This document shows, in pieces, positions 27,784-37,833 of a stretch of 47,078 bases of DNA (positions within the stretch are counted from its first letter, which is position 1; every line of letters begins with the position of its first letter). The notes beneath the pieces were generated by a model, which was not told the origin of the DNA, ran no database searches, and saw only the letters and a program-made list of their open reading frames with translations. Both the position numbers and the translations under genes were made by a program. The DNA comes from Arcicella sp. (GTDB lineage: Bacteria; Bacteroidota; Bacteroidia; Cytophagales; Spirosomataceae). Where the stretch lies: the NCBI GenBank assembly GCA_040403275.1, contig JBBAKZ010000001.1:1-47078 (forward strand), written 5' to 3'.

Positions 27784-28410
27784 CTAATATCCCTCTAATG
27801 ACTTTCGCATTTGAGCAAGTGCCTTCATGATGTGTGCTTCCACGGTTTTTAGGGCTATACCTAACTCATTGGCTATTTCTCTGTTTTTTCTATTTTCAAA
27901 ACGACTCATTAAAAATACACTTTGACATTGAGGTGGTAGTGCCTTGATGCCGGTTTCAATTTTCTGAAAAAGTTCATCATATTGTAGAATAGTTTGGGGA
28001 GTATCCTCGTGTACTTGATTTAGATTATTTTCGTGAATAGTATCAATGTCGTTATCTTTTTTAAACTCCCATTGTAAATAATTAATGGCACGATTTCGCA
28101 CCGCCGCATATAGATAAGCTCTGAAAGAAGTGTTTATTTGCTCATGAACTTTGTTTTTCCACAGAACCAAGAAAACATCTCCTACAATATCTTCGGCAGT
28201 TTCTTTTGAGTAAACAAACCTTACAGCATGACTACATAAGGCACGATAATATTTCCTAAACAGCAGTTCATAGCCTTTACTTGGATTTTCTCTGAAGGAT
28301 TCTCGAATAAAAATTTCGGAATCCAAAATTTTACTGTGGTTGCCCTCCTTATTTAGTATTAGCAATTTTGTCTCAATATGGTTGGGTTGTTTTTTTAATT
28401 TATCAGTCAT
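27784..28410 (-). CDS. ECF RNA polymerase sigma-70 factor (Bacteroidota PUL type)
   Basis: LFRKYYRALC, AEDIVGDVF, LPPQCQSVFLMSR, EIANELGIALKTVEAH. Confidence 0.93.
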   Translation of the reverse strand: MTDKLKKQPNHIETKLLILNKEGNHSKILDSEIFIRESFRENPSKGYELLFRKYYRALCSHAVRFVYSKETAEDIVGDVFLVLWKNKVHEQINTSFRAYLYAAVRNRAINYLQWEFKKDNDIDTIHENNLNQVHEDTPQTILQYDELFQKIETGIKALPPQCQSVFLMSRFENRKNREIANELGIALKTVEAHIMKALAQMRKSLEGY

Positions 28411-28434
28411 GTCTTTTAAACGCTCTTAATTATT

Positions 28435-28462
28435 TAGACAAGATTTATTATTTTTACCCTTA
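28435..28462 (-). promoter_or_regulatory. Putative autoregulatory ECF-sigma promoter
   Basis: Minus strand TAAGGGTA-AAAATAATAAATCT-TGTCTA just upstream of the sigma gene resembles the GGGT...TGTC pattern I associate with PUL ECF promoters; inference only. Confidence 0.4.
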
Positions 28463-28845
28463 GTTAGTTTTTGAAAAAGTTAAATTTTTTATTTAAAAAG
28501 TTACATTCATGTTCATTCATACAAAAAGGATGGTCTATTTTATAAGACAGTTATTTAGAAAACTTAAAAATCATTTAGGTATTAGTAGAAATGTTTATCA
28601 ACCTATTACCTATTTTAGACGCATGAGGAATCAAAACATTGTAAACTATACGTAAACGATGGAGCAGTCAAAATGGCATTAGAAGATGCTATTCGGAGGA
28701 TGGTTCGGGTTGGGTACTTGTCTATTTGGTTTAATAAAAATCGACAAAAATCACTTTTATGCCTAATTAAAAGAAGGGAATTTGAAGGAATAAATTAAAC
28801 TTATAGGAAATTTTCAACCCCCTCAAAATCGAAGAAAAATATGAC

Positions 28846-28904
28846 ATTTTCAGAGTTTTAATCATAAGTGCAAATTTTGCACTTATGATTAAAACTCTGA
28901 AAAT
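28846..28904. repeat. 59-bp perfect palindrome (29-bp arms) just downstream of parB; candidate centromere and/or terminator
   Basis: ATTTTCAGAGTTTTAATCATAAGTGCAAA-T-TTTGCACTTATGATTAAAACTCTGAAAAT. Confidence 0.9.
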
Positions 28905-28911
28905 CAAATGT

Positions 28912-29757
28912 TTATATAAATTTTTTTAAATCTTTTACCTTTTGCACTAATACCAAATAATCAGATTTTGTAGATATATTTACCACTAAACGAGCTATCT
29001 CTTTTTTTCTAATAATTCCCTCATTCCCTTCTGGTAATTCTGTATCTGAATTTTCAGGAACTAGGTTTAAAGAGGATAATGTTCCAATCAAAATTTCTTC
29101 CTTACGACCTAAATCTTGAATAAAGGAGCGACTTAGATTGACTTTCCCAGTTAACACTTGTTGTTGAAGCTCTGGGACTAATTTTGCAATACCTGCGGCA
29201 AAATTACCATCATTTTTAATTGTTCTGGGACTAACTTTAAATTCAGTGGCTAAAATTTCGGAGAAATCACCGTCTTTTTCAATTCTATCATATTTCCCTT
29301 GACTTCCTTTCTCTCTATTGTATCTTAGACCTCTAAAATATGACATTTGTTCTGGTGTTAGATTTCTACGACCTAACTGATAGTCAATCATATAATCCTT
29401 GACCTGCTCAATACTTTCAAACTGTAAGATAACTATCTTAAAATCTAAGCCATATTTTTGACATATTGTGTATCTATTATGTCCATCAATTAATACAAAT
29501 ACCGTCTCGTCTGGATTTTGGGCGTTTGTGTCCAAAACTCCTTGGGAAGTTTCCCAGACAGCTAAAGGATCTTTACATCCTTGCTTCAAAATATTTGATT
29601 CTAAGTTTTTAAACTCTTCATTGGATAAAGGAGTGATGAATTGTCGAAGTTCTTCAACAATGATTATTTCCTTTTTTATCTTTTCTAATTCCGAAAAAGT
29701 TGAACTAGGTAATTGAGCTGCAACTGCTTTCAGTCCAGTCATAAAGTTTTTTGCCAT
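28912..29757 (-). CDS. parB: ParB-like partition protein
   Basis: ParB N-terminal domain (PLSNEEFKNLESNILKQGCKDPL, LIDGHNRY), QLGRRNL, HTH (LATEFKVSPRTIKND); downstream of parA. Confidence 0.82.
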   Translation of the reverse strand: MAKNFMTGLKAVAAQLPSSTFSELEKIKKEIIIVEELRQFITPLSNEEFKNLESNILKQGCKDPLAVWETSQGVLDTNAQNPDETVFVLIDGHNRYTICQKYGLDFKIVILQFESIEQVKDYMIDYQLGRRNLTPEQMSYFRGLRYNREKGSQGKYDRIEKDGDFSEILATEFKVSPRTIKNDGNFAAGIAKLVPELQQQVLTGKVNLSRSFIQDLGRKEEILIGTLSSLNLVPENSDTELPEGNEGIIRKKEIARLVVNISTKSDYLVLVQKVKDLKKFI

Positions 29758-29765
29758 GACTAAAT

Positions 29766-30713
29766 CTATTGTATTTTAATTACTTCTTTTGTTAATTCCA
29801 TATACTGATTTGCCGACCCCGATTTACCCGCATAAGTAAATAAATCTTTCTTAGCAACTTGAGATTGCTTTATGGTCGTTGAAACTTCAACCAAGGTATC
29901 AAAAATAGTAAAGTGAGAATACACTTCTTTGATATGGTCAATCATGCCACGATGTACACTTTGGTTTTTATGAACCATCGTGAAAAAAATACCTTTTACT
30001 TTCAAAGAATAATTAAGGTGTTCTCTAATTTCAAATATCCTATTAAATAGATTTTCAACCCCATGATATGCGGACGCTTCGGGTTGAATAGGAATTAAAC
30101 ACTCATGCGAAGCAACCAACGAACAAGTAGTTAAGATATTCAGTGACGGTGGGCAATCTATGAGTATGTAATCATACTTATCCAAGTATGGTACTAACTT
30201 ATTGTATAGTCTTTTTTCACTACCAATTGAATTGACTAATTCTAATTCTCGGTAAGCCATTTGAATGTCTGACGGAACGATGTGTAGTTTTGGCTCAATT
30301 TCTATAATTGGCAAGGGAATTTTATCTAAAAGAGCATCAATTAATTGGCTCACAGGGCGATGAATCCCGAAACATTGAGATAGATTGCCTTGCGAGTCAA
30401 TATCTATCATTAAAACCCTATTTCCCATCAAGCTCAAGGCCTTTCCGATGTTAATGGTAGAGGTTGTTTTACCAACTCCTCCTTTATGATTAACTACCGA
30501 AATCACTTTTGCTTTACTGAATAACTCTTCTGAATATCCATAGCTACGTAAAATTGGCAAAAGTTTTGACAAATGGTTTTCATTGAGATTAATAAGACCT
30601 CCTTGCGCTTTATACAGTGTTTTTGAAGGTAATCCGGCCTCTTTCTCTATTTGAGAAAGATTAAGTGCTGTTTTCATTTGCAAAAAACGAAGGACAATTT
30701 CTTGAGTTAGCAT
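29766..30713 (-). CDS. parA: ParA/Soj Walker-type ATPase with N-terminal HTH-like extension
   Basis: NHKGGVGKTT, DIDSQGNLS, IDCPPSL. Likely start MLTQ at 30713; the N-terminus has LSQIEKEAGLPSKTLY. Confidence 0.92.
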   Translation of the reverse strand: MLTQEIVLRFLQMKTALNLSQIEKEAGLPSKTLYKAQGGLINLNENHLSKLLPILRSYGYSEELFSKAKVISVVNHKGGVGKTTSTINIGKALSLMGNRVLMIDIDSQGNLSQCFGIHRPVSQLIDALLDKIPLPIIEIEPKLHIVPSDIQMAYRELELVNSIGSEKRLYNKLVPYLDKYDYILIDCPPSLNILTTCSLVASHECLIPIQPEASAYHGVENLFNRIFEIREHLNYSLKVKGIFFTMVHKNQSVHRGMIDHIKEVYSHFTIFDTLVEVSTTIKQSQVAKKDLFTYAGKSGSANQYMELTKEVIKIQ

Positions 30714-31594
30714 GATGAGTAATATTATTTTCAACAAAAATAGATAATTATTTATCATTATAAAAAATAATAGAACTATTTATATCTATTTTCTATAATT
30801 GAATTAGCTATTCTTCAAAAACGACATTTACAGGGTTGACCCTAGATTTAACTCTTTTGATATTAAGTTATTTTTTTAGCTATTTATGTGAATCGGTTGA
30901 CTTAATGAGTAATCTTAAACATTATTATTTTTAGTAATGACAGATCTAGCTGTTTGTATTTCTTTTAAATTTTTTCATTCTTTCTATAAACTAACGAAAT
31001 TGGCTCAAAAGGCTGAACAAGGATTTCATTCCGAATGAAAATTTTGAATCCGTGCTTCAAAAGGAAAGAGACGATACTTGGAAATACGAGGGTCGAACGG
31101 TAAAAGGTTTTTCCGAGCCGCCTCAAAATAAACATTAAACCTTTTTTAACAAAAAACTGGGGTAAAATTAAAAGAACGTACCTGCTTTGGTTGTTTTCGA
31201 AATAAAACCTCTTTCGATTTCCAATACCAATGGGGTCACTTGAATGTGGGGCAAACTTCCCATGAAAAAGCAAAAGATTTGTTTTAAAATGTCTTTTTAT
31301 ATAAAAGCTACTGTTTACCTTTTATTTCTGCTAATAAACAGTTTGTTTGCTTAAAATAGATTAAAAAAAGATTAAAATACCCAGGAAATTATCCCTACAA
31401 AACCTCTTAAAAAAACACGAATTGTTTATTTTTTTTCTAGTAAGAAATTGTTTATCAACTAATTAAGTATTTTACGTGGGAAGTTAGCATCAAATTTAAG
31501 TGAACCCCCTGTATTTTTACAAATCTGCTCTATTCGTAACAACATTATTTTAAAAACGGATATGTTTAATTCAAAATTTGGGGATTATAACTAT

Positions 31595-32085
31595 AAGGGG
31601 AGTTTTTAGACACTTTTAATTAGATAAATTCAATTATCATTACATTGCATAAAACTTCTATTTATTTGTAAAAAAACAGGATAAATAGTTCAAAATGGAA
31701 GGTTATTACTTCTTAAAAGTATAGAAAATGTTTATAAGGGGATTTTTTGGACACTTCGGAACATTGAATTTTAAAATCAACCTGTGTATTTTTCTTGTTA
31801 AGGGAGTTTTTGGATACTTTTTAAAAAATATTAAAATACCAGAGTGCAGAAGTCAGGTTGTTTTTAGCAAAACGAGGCCCAAATACTTTTATTTTTAGTA
31901 ATATTTCTTTTGATTTTTATATTTCTCAATAATATTTGATTGATTTAGAGCAACGTAACATATTGATAATCAGTTAGTTGAAATCTTTTAGGGGAGTTTT
32001 CGGACACCTTAAGGGGAGTTTTTAGACACTTAAAAGTCTCGTAAGAGGAGTTTTCGGACACCTTAAGGGGAGTTTTTAGACACTC
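31595..32085 (+). repeat. Iteron array (replication origin), consensus AAGGGGAGTTTT(C/T)(G/A)GACAC(C/T)T
   Basis: Seven copies at about 31595, 31736, 31799, 31990, 32011, 32043 and 32065; an AT-rich tract at about 31880-31950; upstream of rep. Confidence 0.9.
31956..31980. promoter_or_regulatory. Back-to-back IHF-consensus sites next to the iteron cluster
   Basis: TAACATATTGATA (reverse complement TATCAATATGTTA) and AATCAGTTAGTTG both fit WATCARNNNNTTR; another match lies at 31453-31465. Confidence 0.5.
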
Positions 32086-32170
32086 AAACCCTTGCTAAAT
32101 TCATTAATTGTTCATAACTTTAAATTTAATTACCCAACTATATAAAATACTTAAAAATCTACGGTGCTTT

Positions 32171-33223
32171 ATGGAAAATGACCAAGAATTATCTCAGGTA
32201 CAGGAATATAATTTTGAAGAACAAACTTTCATTGAGAGAAGAGTAAATAATTATTTACCTAACAACTTAGTTGTCAGTCACGCAAAGTATGGCAGAATTG
32301 AGCAAAAGATTTTTGAATTTTTCATTAATCAAATAGATTTTGAAAAATCAAGGGACATTTCTTCGACAACGGGGTTAATTATTAAAATTCCTTTGAAATA
32401 TATTTCCAAACATATCAAATATGCTGATTTAAAGACTCATTCAGCCACGTTGGGAGCCAAACCCATTACGATTGAGGAAATATCTATCGGAACAAAAAAA
32501 GAGAAGTTTACGCACCTTTTTCCATTTATTAAGATTGAATACAATCCAGACCAAGGCTTTTTGGAATTTTATACAAATCCACAGATTTCACCGTACTTAT
32601 TTTTCCTTGAAAAACAGTATGCCAGGTATAAATTTGAGAATGTTTTAAGTTTCAAGTCAATTTACACCACTCCAATGTATAGACTGTTGCGAATGCACAT
32701 CGGTCAAAATCGCAATATGTTTGTGTATAGCATTGAAGAGATTAGGAAAATATTAGGCGTTGATGCGGAGAAATATACCAATTTTAAGGACTTCAAAAAG
32801 TATGTAATTGAACCAGCAAGAAGGGAAATGGCGGAAAGCACCTTTGAAGCCATTAATTTTGAATACGAAAGTACTGGTAAAAAATTAAGGAATGTGTCGC
32901 ATTTGACTTTTACAATTCTGGACGCAATTACCGTCAGCCACCGTGAGAAAGAGGAATTATCGAATGCTTTGAAAAGAATAGCCGATCCAGATTATTTATC
33001 GAAAGCTGCCTCAGTAATTTTGGCTCGTGACTACAATATGCCGAACCATTTAATGAGTAAAATTTTAATGGATGGTGAACTTTTGACAAGATTTGTTACG
33101 CTGGATATTGAACTAAATAATGGAGTACATCCAAAAGTGAAAAATAGAACCGCATGGATATTGGCCTGTTTGAATTTGGTTAAGAAAAAAGCAAAACAAG
33201 CAGAATACAAGCCTTTATTCTAA
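32171..33223 (+). CDS. Rep_3-family plasmid replication initiator
   Basis: N-terminal PNNLVVS...IEQKIF; FKSIYTTPMYRLL, SIEEIRKILGV..KYTNFKDFKKYVIEPARREM, typical of Rep_3 winged-helix domains; iterons upstream. ATG at 32171 preferred over TTG at 32108. Confidence 0.88.
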   Translation: MENDQELSQVQEYNFEEQTFIERRVNNYLPNNLVVSHAKYGRIEQKIFEFFINQIDFEKSRDISSTTGLIIKIPLKYISKHIKYADLKTHSATLGAKPITIEEISIGTKKEKFTHLFPFIKIEYNPDQGFLEFYTNPQISPYLFFLEKQYARYKFENVLSFKSIYTTPMYRLLRMHIGQNRNMFVYSIEEIRKILGVDAEKYTNFKDFKKYVIEPARREMAESTFEAINFEYESTGKKLRNVSHLTFTILDAITVSHREKEELSNALKRIADPDYLSKAASVILARDYNMPNHLMSKILMDGELLTRFVTLDIELNNGVHPKVKNRTAWILACLNLVKKKAKQAEYKPLF

Positions 33224-33242
33224 GAAAAAACATTCCCTATCT

Positions 33243-33814
33243 ATGCAAAAATTACCCTAAGGATACAGACATTTTCTGAAATTAGAAATCAAAATTATCT
33301 TTTTGTGGATAAAACAGAGGATATTTTTAGAATGATAGATGCTGGAAAATACTTTTTCTTTTAACATTCACGTAGATTCGGCAAATCATTGTTATTGGAC
33401 ACTTTACATAACATATTTGAAGGCAACCAATCCTTACTCAAAGGTCTATGCATAGAAAATAAAATTAATTGAAAACCATATCCAGTTATAAGAATTGATT
33501 TTGGCAGAGTAGTGAGTAAGGACGGAAATTTGATTGACGCTTTGTTAAAAGAGATTTCAAGAAACGCTGATAGGTTAGGAGTAGTTATAACAAATTTATA
33601 TTCCCCTTCAATTACATTTGGTGACTTATTGGATAGAGTTTATCTTAAATACGGAAAAAATAGCATCTTACTTTTGATCAATGAATACGAAAAAGCGCTG
33701 TATGAAGATGATTTAGCGACATTTACCAATTGTATAAAAGTTGCTTTTTCAAAAATATCCCATCATTTATTTATTGAAAAAGAAGTATTCTATCATTCAA
33801 TGTTATTAATGTGA
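33243..33814 (+). pseudogene. AAA-ATPase-like (PD-(D/E)XK-associated) pseudogene
   Basis: MQKLP/(frameshift)IQTFSEIRNQNYLFVDKT...FFF*HSRRFGKSLLL...N*KPYPVIRIDF continues into ORF 33512 (LLINEYEK, then EVFYHS). Two stops, one frameshift and an apparent large internal deletion. Confidence 0.82.
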
Positions 33815-33887
33815 TTCCAGCCCGAACCGCTCAAAGCGAAAAGTTTAAACAGGTTCTAACGAATAGTAATTAATTCATCTTCAAAAT

Positions 33888-36800
33888 ATGAAAGTAAATC
33901 CACTAAGTTTCAGTACAAAAAATGAAAATTTAGATTTTATCAAACATAAAACGTTAATTGAGCTATTCAAAAAGACAGTTGAATCACATAAAGAAAAATT
34001 AGCGCTCAATTTTAATAATACGGAATTAAGTTACTTAGAACTTGACCAATACAGTGACTTTGTTGCCCAATCACTCATTGATTCAGGGACAATCCAGGGC
34101 GATTTGATTGGCGTCTATCTACCCCGTGGGCTTGATTTGCACATTGTAATTTTGGGTATTTTAAAAGCAGGGGCTGGCTACATTCCCTTTGATATAGAAA
34201 CACCAACCGAAAGAGTGATTGACATACTTTCGAGACTAAACATAAAAAGATGTTTTTCTGAGACCAATATCTCCCCAAAATTTAAGAATATTACGCCTGT
34301 TAGGCATAAGTTACGCAACGGTAATTGCCTTGATTTTTCAAGCCCATCCGAAATAGCCTATATTATCTTTACGTCAGGAACCACTGGCAAACCTAAAGGC
34401 ATTCCCATTAAACATTCCCAAATTTGCCATCTCATTCAAGCTGAGAACAGCATTTTAGGCATAAATTCCCAGGACCGTGTATATCAAGGTTTTTCAGTAT
34501 CGTTTGATATGTGGTTTGAAGAAACGTGGATAAGTTATCTCGTGGGGGCAACGCTCTATATTTCTGATGCGATTACAGCCAAATCTTTCGATAAACTGCA
34601 TCAGTTCATGAATCAACACCAAATTAGTGTGTTGCACGCCGTCCCAAGTTTATTAGCACTGATAGATAATCAAATCCCTACTTTACGACTCATAAATTCG
34701 GGCGGTGAGGCTTGTAACAATAATATCCTCAATAAGTGGACAAAACCTGAAATTACTTTTTTTAATAGTTACGGTCCAACCGAAACAACCGTTTCTGCCT
34801 CTTTCATTCAACTCAAAGCAGGAGATGATATTTCCATTGGTTTTCCATTGCCAAATTATGGTATGTGTATCGTGGATGAAAACCTCGAAGCAGTCCCCGT
34901 TGGAACATCGGGTGAGTTGGTTATTAGCGGTATAGGACTAAGCGAAGGGTATCTGAACCTGCCTGAATTAACAGAAAAAGTCTTTTTAGCCAAACCCAAT
35001 TCACTTTCGGAAATGGTTGGAGATAGAATTTATCTATCGGGCGATATCGGAATGATGAAACCAGATGGCAGTTTTAAGGTTTTTGGTAGGAAAGACGACC
35101 AAATAAAAATCAGAGGATACCGAGTAGAATTAGGCGAAATTGAGGCGAAATTAAATGCTATTTTCACCATAAAAAAAGCAGTAGTAGATCTCCAGAAAAT
35201 CAATGACATTGACCAATTGATTGCCTTCGTAATATGCAATCCAAACGAAAATTTAAATGAAAAATATTTAAGGAATGAATTAAATAGGATTTTACCCGTG
35301 TATATGGTTCCTAATTTCTTTGTTGAAGTACAAGATTTTAGTTACCTCACCAGCGGGAAAGTCAATAAAAAAGCATTGCCCCCATTTAATCCAGTTGTTA
35401 ATTCAAATGAACAAAATACTGAATTTATCACAGAATATGCTTCCAACCCTTTATTAGAACAGATTGCGACTAAACTATCAAATTTATTTCCTGGACAAAA
35501 TATTAAGAAAGAACTTGACTTTTTTAATGGTTTGGGCGGACATTCACTCTTGGCCGCTTATTTTGTTTCCGAGGTCAGAGCAATAAAAGGGATGAAGAAT
35601 ATTTCAATCATGGATGTTTATGAGCATCGTCCCATTGAAAAACTATTTTCTTATTGGAATACAAATACGGCGCAGGTAAAAGCCGTAGAAAACGAAGAAT
35701 TTCAAGCCGTTTCTCGCCTCAATTATTATGGCTGTTGGCTCGCCCAAACTATCGCCCTTGTGTTTATTTATGGCTTGGTAGCCGCCCAAATATTCTTGCC
35801 CTATTTGGGATATTACGTAGCCGCCCTTGAATTAGATGGTCACATAATTCCCATTATTATTGCGATTCTGCTTTACTGTACCGTCATCCCACTTTCATCT
35901 TTTTTAGTTATACTGATAAAAAAATTCTTTATTGGTAAATTGGTCGAAGGCAATTTTCCACTATGGGGATTAACTTATTTTAAATGGTGGTTGCAGAAGC
36001 GTTTGTTTTCGTTAATTCCTAAAGAAACGGTCAGTAACACTCCTTTATTCCCCATTTTATTAAATTGGTTAGGGGTAAAGGTTGCTCAGGATGCTCAGTT
36101 AAGTAATTTTGAAATTGGAGCGGAAGATTTAGTTTCAATCGGAGAAAATGTAACGATTAGTTCAAATGTTATGTTAAACAACGCTTGGGTAGAAAATGGG
36201 TTATTCAAATTACGTAAAATAACGATTGAAGATGATGCCTACATCGGAACAAGTGCGGTTGTAAATGGAGGGTGTACTTTGAAAAGAAGTAGTGAATTAA
36301 AAGATTTATCATGTTTAGCTAAAGACCAAATATTACCAGCATTGCAAACATGGGGAGGTAGTCCAGCAAAACCTATTTTTACCAGAGAACAATTTGCTGA
36401 CCGAAATATTATTCCAGAGAAAACTTTCAAGAAATACAAGTTGGTGTTTTTTATGTTAGTTTTCCTGTTTCCTATTCTTATAATTTTACCGTTAACGCCT
36501 TCCATTATCATCCTTTACACGTTGGATGAAAATGCAGATTTTTATTCGTTTTATTACCTTTTCCAAACGCCAATTTTTTCATTATCCTATCTGCTTTTAT
36601 TTCTTTTGGAAGTTATTTTATTAAGCAAAATATTGAGAAAAAATATAAAAATAGGCACATTTTCGATTTACAGCTCCACGTACCTCCGAATATGGTTTTT
36701 AGATCAACTATTTTCTCTTTCCTTGAATGTAATTAAACCCATTTTTGCCACGGTATTCATTACATCAGTATATCGCTTGCTCGGTGCAAAAGTTGGTGAA

Positions 36801-37826
36801 AATACTGAAATTTCGACTGCTTCAAACGTTACCCACCATTTATTTGAAATCGGTGATGAATCATTCATCGCTGATGATGTGGTTTTGGGCGAAAGTGAAG
36901 TAAAAAATCAAGAAATCAGTCTCCTTAAAACGACTATCGGTAATAAAAGCTTTGTCGGAAACAGTGCCTTAATTCCGCAAGGTTACGAACTTGGCGATAA
37001 TATGCTCATTGGTGTCTTGTCTGTACCACCCACCCATGAGCAAATTAAGAACACTAAGACGTTGGATTGGTTTGGTTCACCCGCTATTGCTTTGCCTCGT
37101 CGAGAGATTCGAGACGACTATCCACCGAACTTAACTTATCAACCAACTAAGCTCAGGAAAATAGCACGGGGGTTTGTTGAATTGGTAAGAATTTTAATAC
37201 CACAATCGGTCATCCTAAGTTTGAGTATTTTATTTATTGCCTACGCTCACGATTTGATTACTCAAAATAAAATCCAAAAAATGTTGTTTTTATTTCCATT
37301 TTATTACTTGGGTTTTGTGGCAATCCCTTGTTTTCTCATAACATTTGTATTTAAATGGGTATTCGTTGGAAAATATAAAACTGCCGAATATCCCATGTGG
37401 ACCCTGTCAGTATGGCTAACCGAAGCAATAACTTCAATTTATGAAGCCTTAGCCATTCCATTTTTTCTAATTTATTTGAGAGGAACACCTTTTTTACCAA
37501 TCATGTTACGGCTGATGGGCGCTAAAATCGGGAAAAGAGTTTTCTTAGACACTGCGGATTTGACAGAATTTGACATGGTAACAATTGGGAATGATTGTGC
37601 TTTAAATACCGATTCTGGACCCCAAACGCATTTATTTGAAGACCGTGTAATGAAAATAGGCAAAATTGAAATTGGTGATGAAACGTCAATCGGCGCCGGA
37701 AGTGTAATTCTGTATGGTTCAACAATTGAAAAAAATTGCCAAATTGAATCCCTTTCACTGGTTATGAAAGGCGAAAAATTACCTGAAAAAACAAACTGGT
37801 CTGGAATACCCACTAAAATACAATAA
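33888..37826 (+). CDS. Pls/PosA-family membrane-bound single-module NRPS (poly-amino-acid synthetase)
   Basis: A domain (IIFTSGTTGKPKG, FDMWFEE, NSYGPTE, IKIRGYRVELGEIE, SGKVNK); T domain (DFFNGLGGHSL); then three TM-pair plus hexapeptide-repeat blocks ending in QTHLFEDRVMK...WSGIP. Confidence 0.9.
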   Translation: MKVNPLSFSTKNENLDFIKHKTLIELFKKTVESHKEKLALNFNNTELSYLELDQYSDFVAQSLIDSGTIQGDLIGVYLPRGLDLHIVILGILKAGAGYIPFDIETPTERVIDILSRLNIKRCFSETNISPKFKNITPVRHKLRNGNCLDFSSPSEIAYIIFTSGTTGKPKGIPIKHSQICHLIQAENSILGINSQDRVYQGFSVSFDMWFEETWISYLVGATLYISDAITAKSFDKLHQFMNQHQISVLHAVPSLLALIDNQIPTLRLINSGGEACNNNILNKWTKPEITFFNSYGPTETTVSASFIQLKAGDDISIGFPLPNYGMCIVDENLEAVPVGTSGELVISGIGLSEGYLNLPELTEKVFLAKPNSLSEMVGDRIYLSGDIGMMKPDGSFKVFGRKDDQIKIRGYRVELGEIEAKLNAIFTIKKAVVDLQKINDIDQLIAFVICNPNENLNEKYLRNELNRILPVYMVPNFFVEVQDFSYLTSGKVNKKALPPFNPVVNSNEQNTEFITEYASNPLLEQIATKLSNLFPGQNIKKELDFFNGLGGHSLLAAYFVSEVRAIKGMKNISIMDVYEHRPIEKLFSYWNTNTAQVKAVENEEFQAVSRLNYYGCWLAQTIALVFIYGLVAAQIFLPYLGYYVAALELDGHIIPIIIAILLYCTVIPLSSFLVILIKKFFIGKLVEGNFPLWGLTYFKWWLQKRLFSLIPKETVSNTPLFPILLNWLGVKVAQDAQLSNFEIGAEDLVSIGENVTISSNVMLNNAWVENGLFKLRKITIEDDAYIGTSAVVNGGCTLKRSSELKDLSCLAKDQILPALQTWGGSPAKPIFTREQFADRNIIPEKTFKKYKLVFFMLVFLFPILIILPLTPSIIILYTLDENADFYSFYYLFQTPIFSLSYLLLFLLEVILLSKILRKNIKIGTFSIYSSTYLRIWFLDQLFSLSLNVIKPIFATVFITSVYRLLGAKVGENTEISTASNVTHHLFEIGDESFIADDVVLGESEVKNQEISLLKTTIGNKSFVGNSALIPQGYELGDNMLIGVLSVPPTHEQIKNTKTLDWFGSPAIALPRREIRDDYPPNLTYQPTKLRKIARGFVELVRILIPQSVILSLSILFIAYAHDLITQNKIQKMLFLFPFYYLGFVAIPCFLITFVFKWVFVGKYKTAEYPMWTLSVWLTEAITSIYEALAIPFFLIYLRGTPFLPIMLRLMGAKIGKRVFLDTADLTEFDMVTIGNDCALNTDSGPQTHLFEDRVMKIGKIEIGDETSIGAGSVILYGSTIEKNCQIESLSLVMKGEKLPEKTNWSGIPTKIQ

Positions 37827-37833
37827 TTGATCA

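Noticed and set aside
30965-31273. 102-aa minus-strand ORF between parA and the origin
   Set aside because: No recognisable motifs and a non-ATG start. A protein-like plus-strand stretch (DFIPNENFESVLQKERDDTWKYEGR) lacks a start, so neither can be supported as a gene.
31990-32085. Short direct-repeat array resembling a mini-CRISPR
   Set aside because: The repeats abut or have a single ~11-bp gap, there are no unique spacers or cas genes, and the position upstream of rep fits iterons.
33879-33887. CTTCAAAAT before the NRPS start, matching the tolC/PepSY operator half-site
   Set aside because: It is a single half-site abutting the ATG, with no second repeat or correctly spaced -7 box; likely chance in AT-rich DNA.
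20016-37826. MatB supplying malonyl-CoA to the NRPS as a hybrid PKS/NRPS cluster
   Set aside because: There are no KS or AT domains in the window, Pls-type enzymes do not use malonyl-CoA, and the genes are separated by the replicon.
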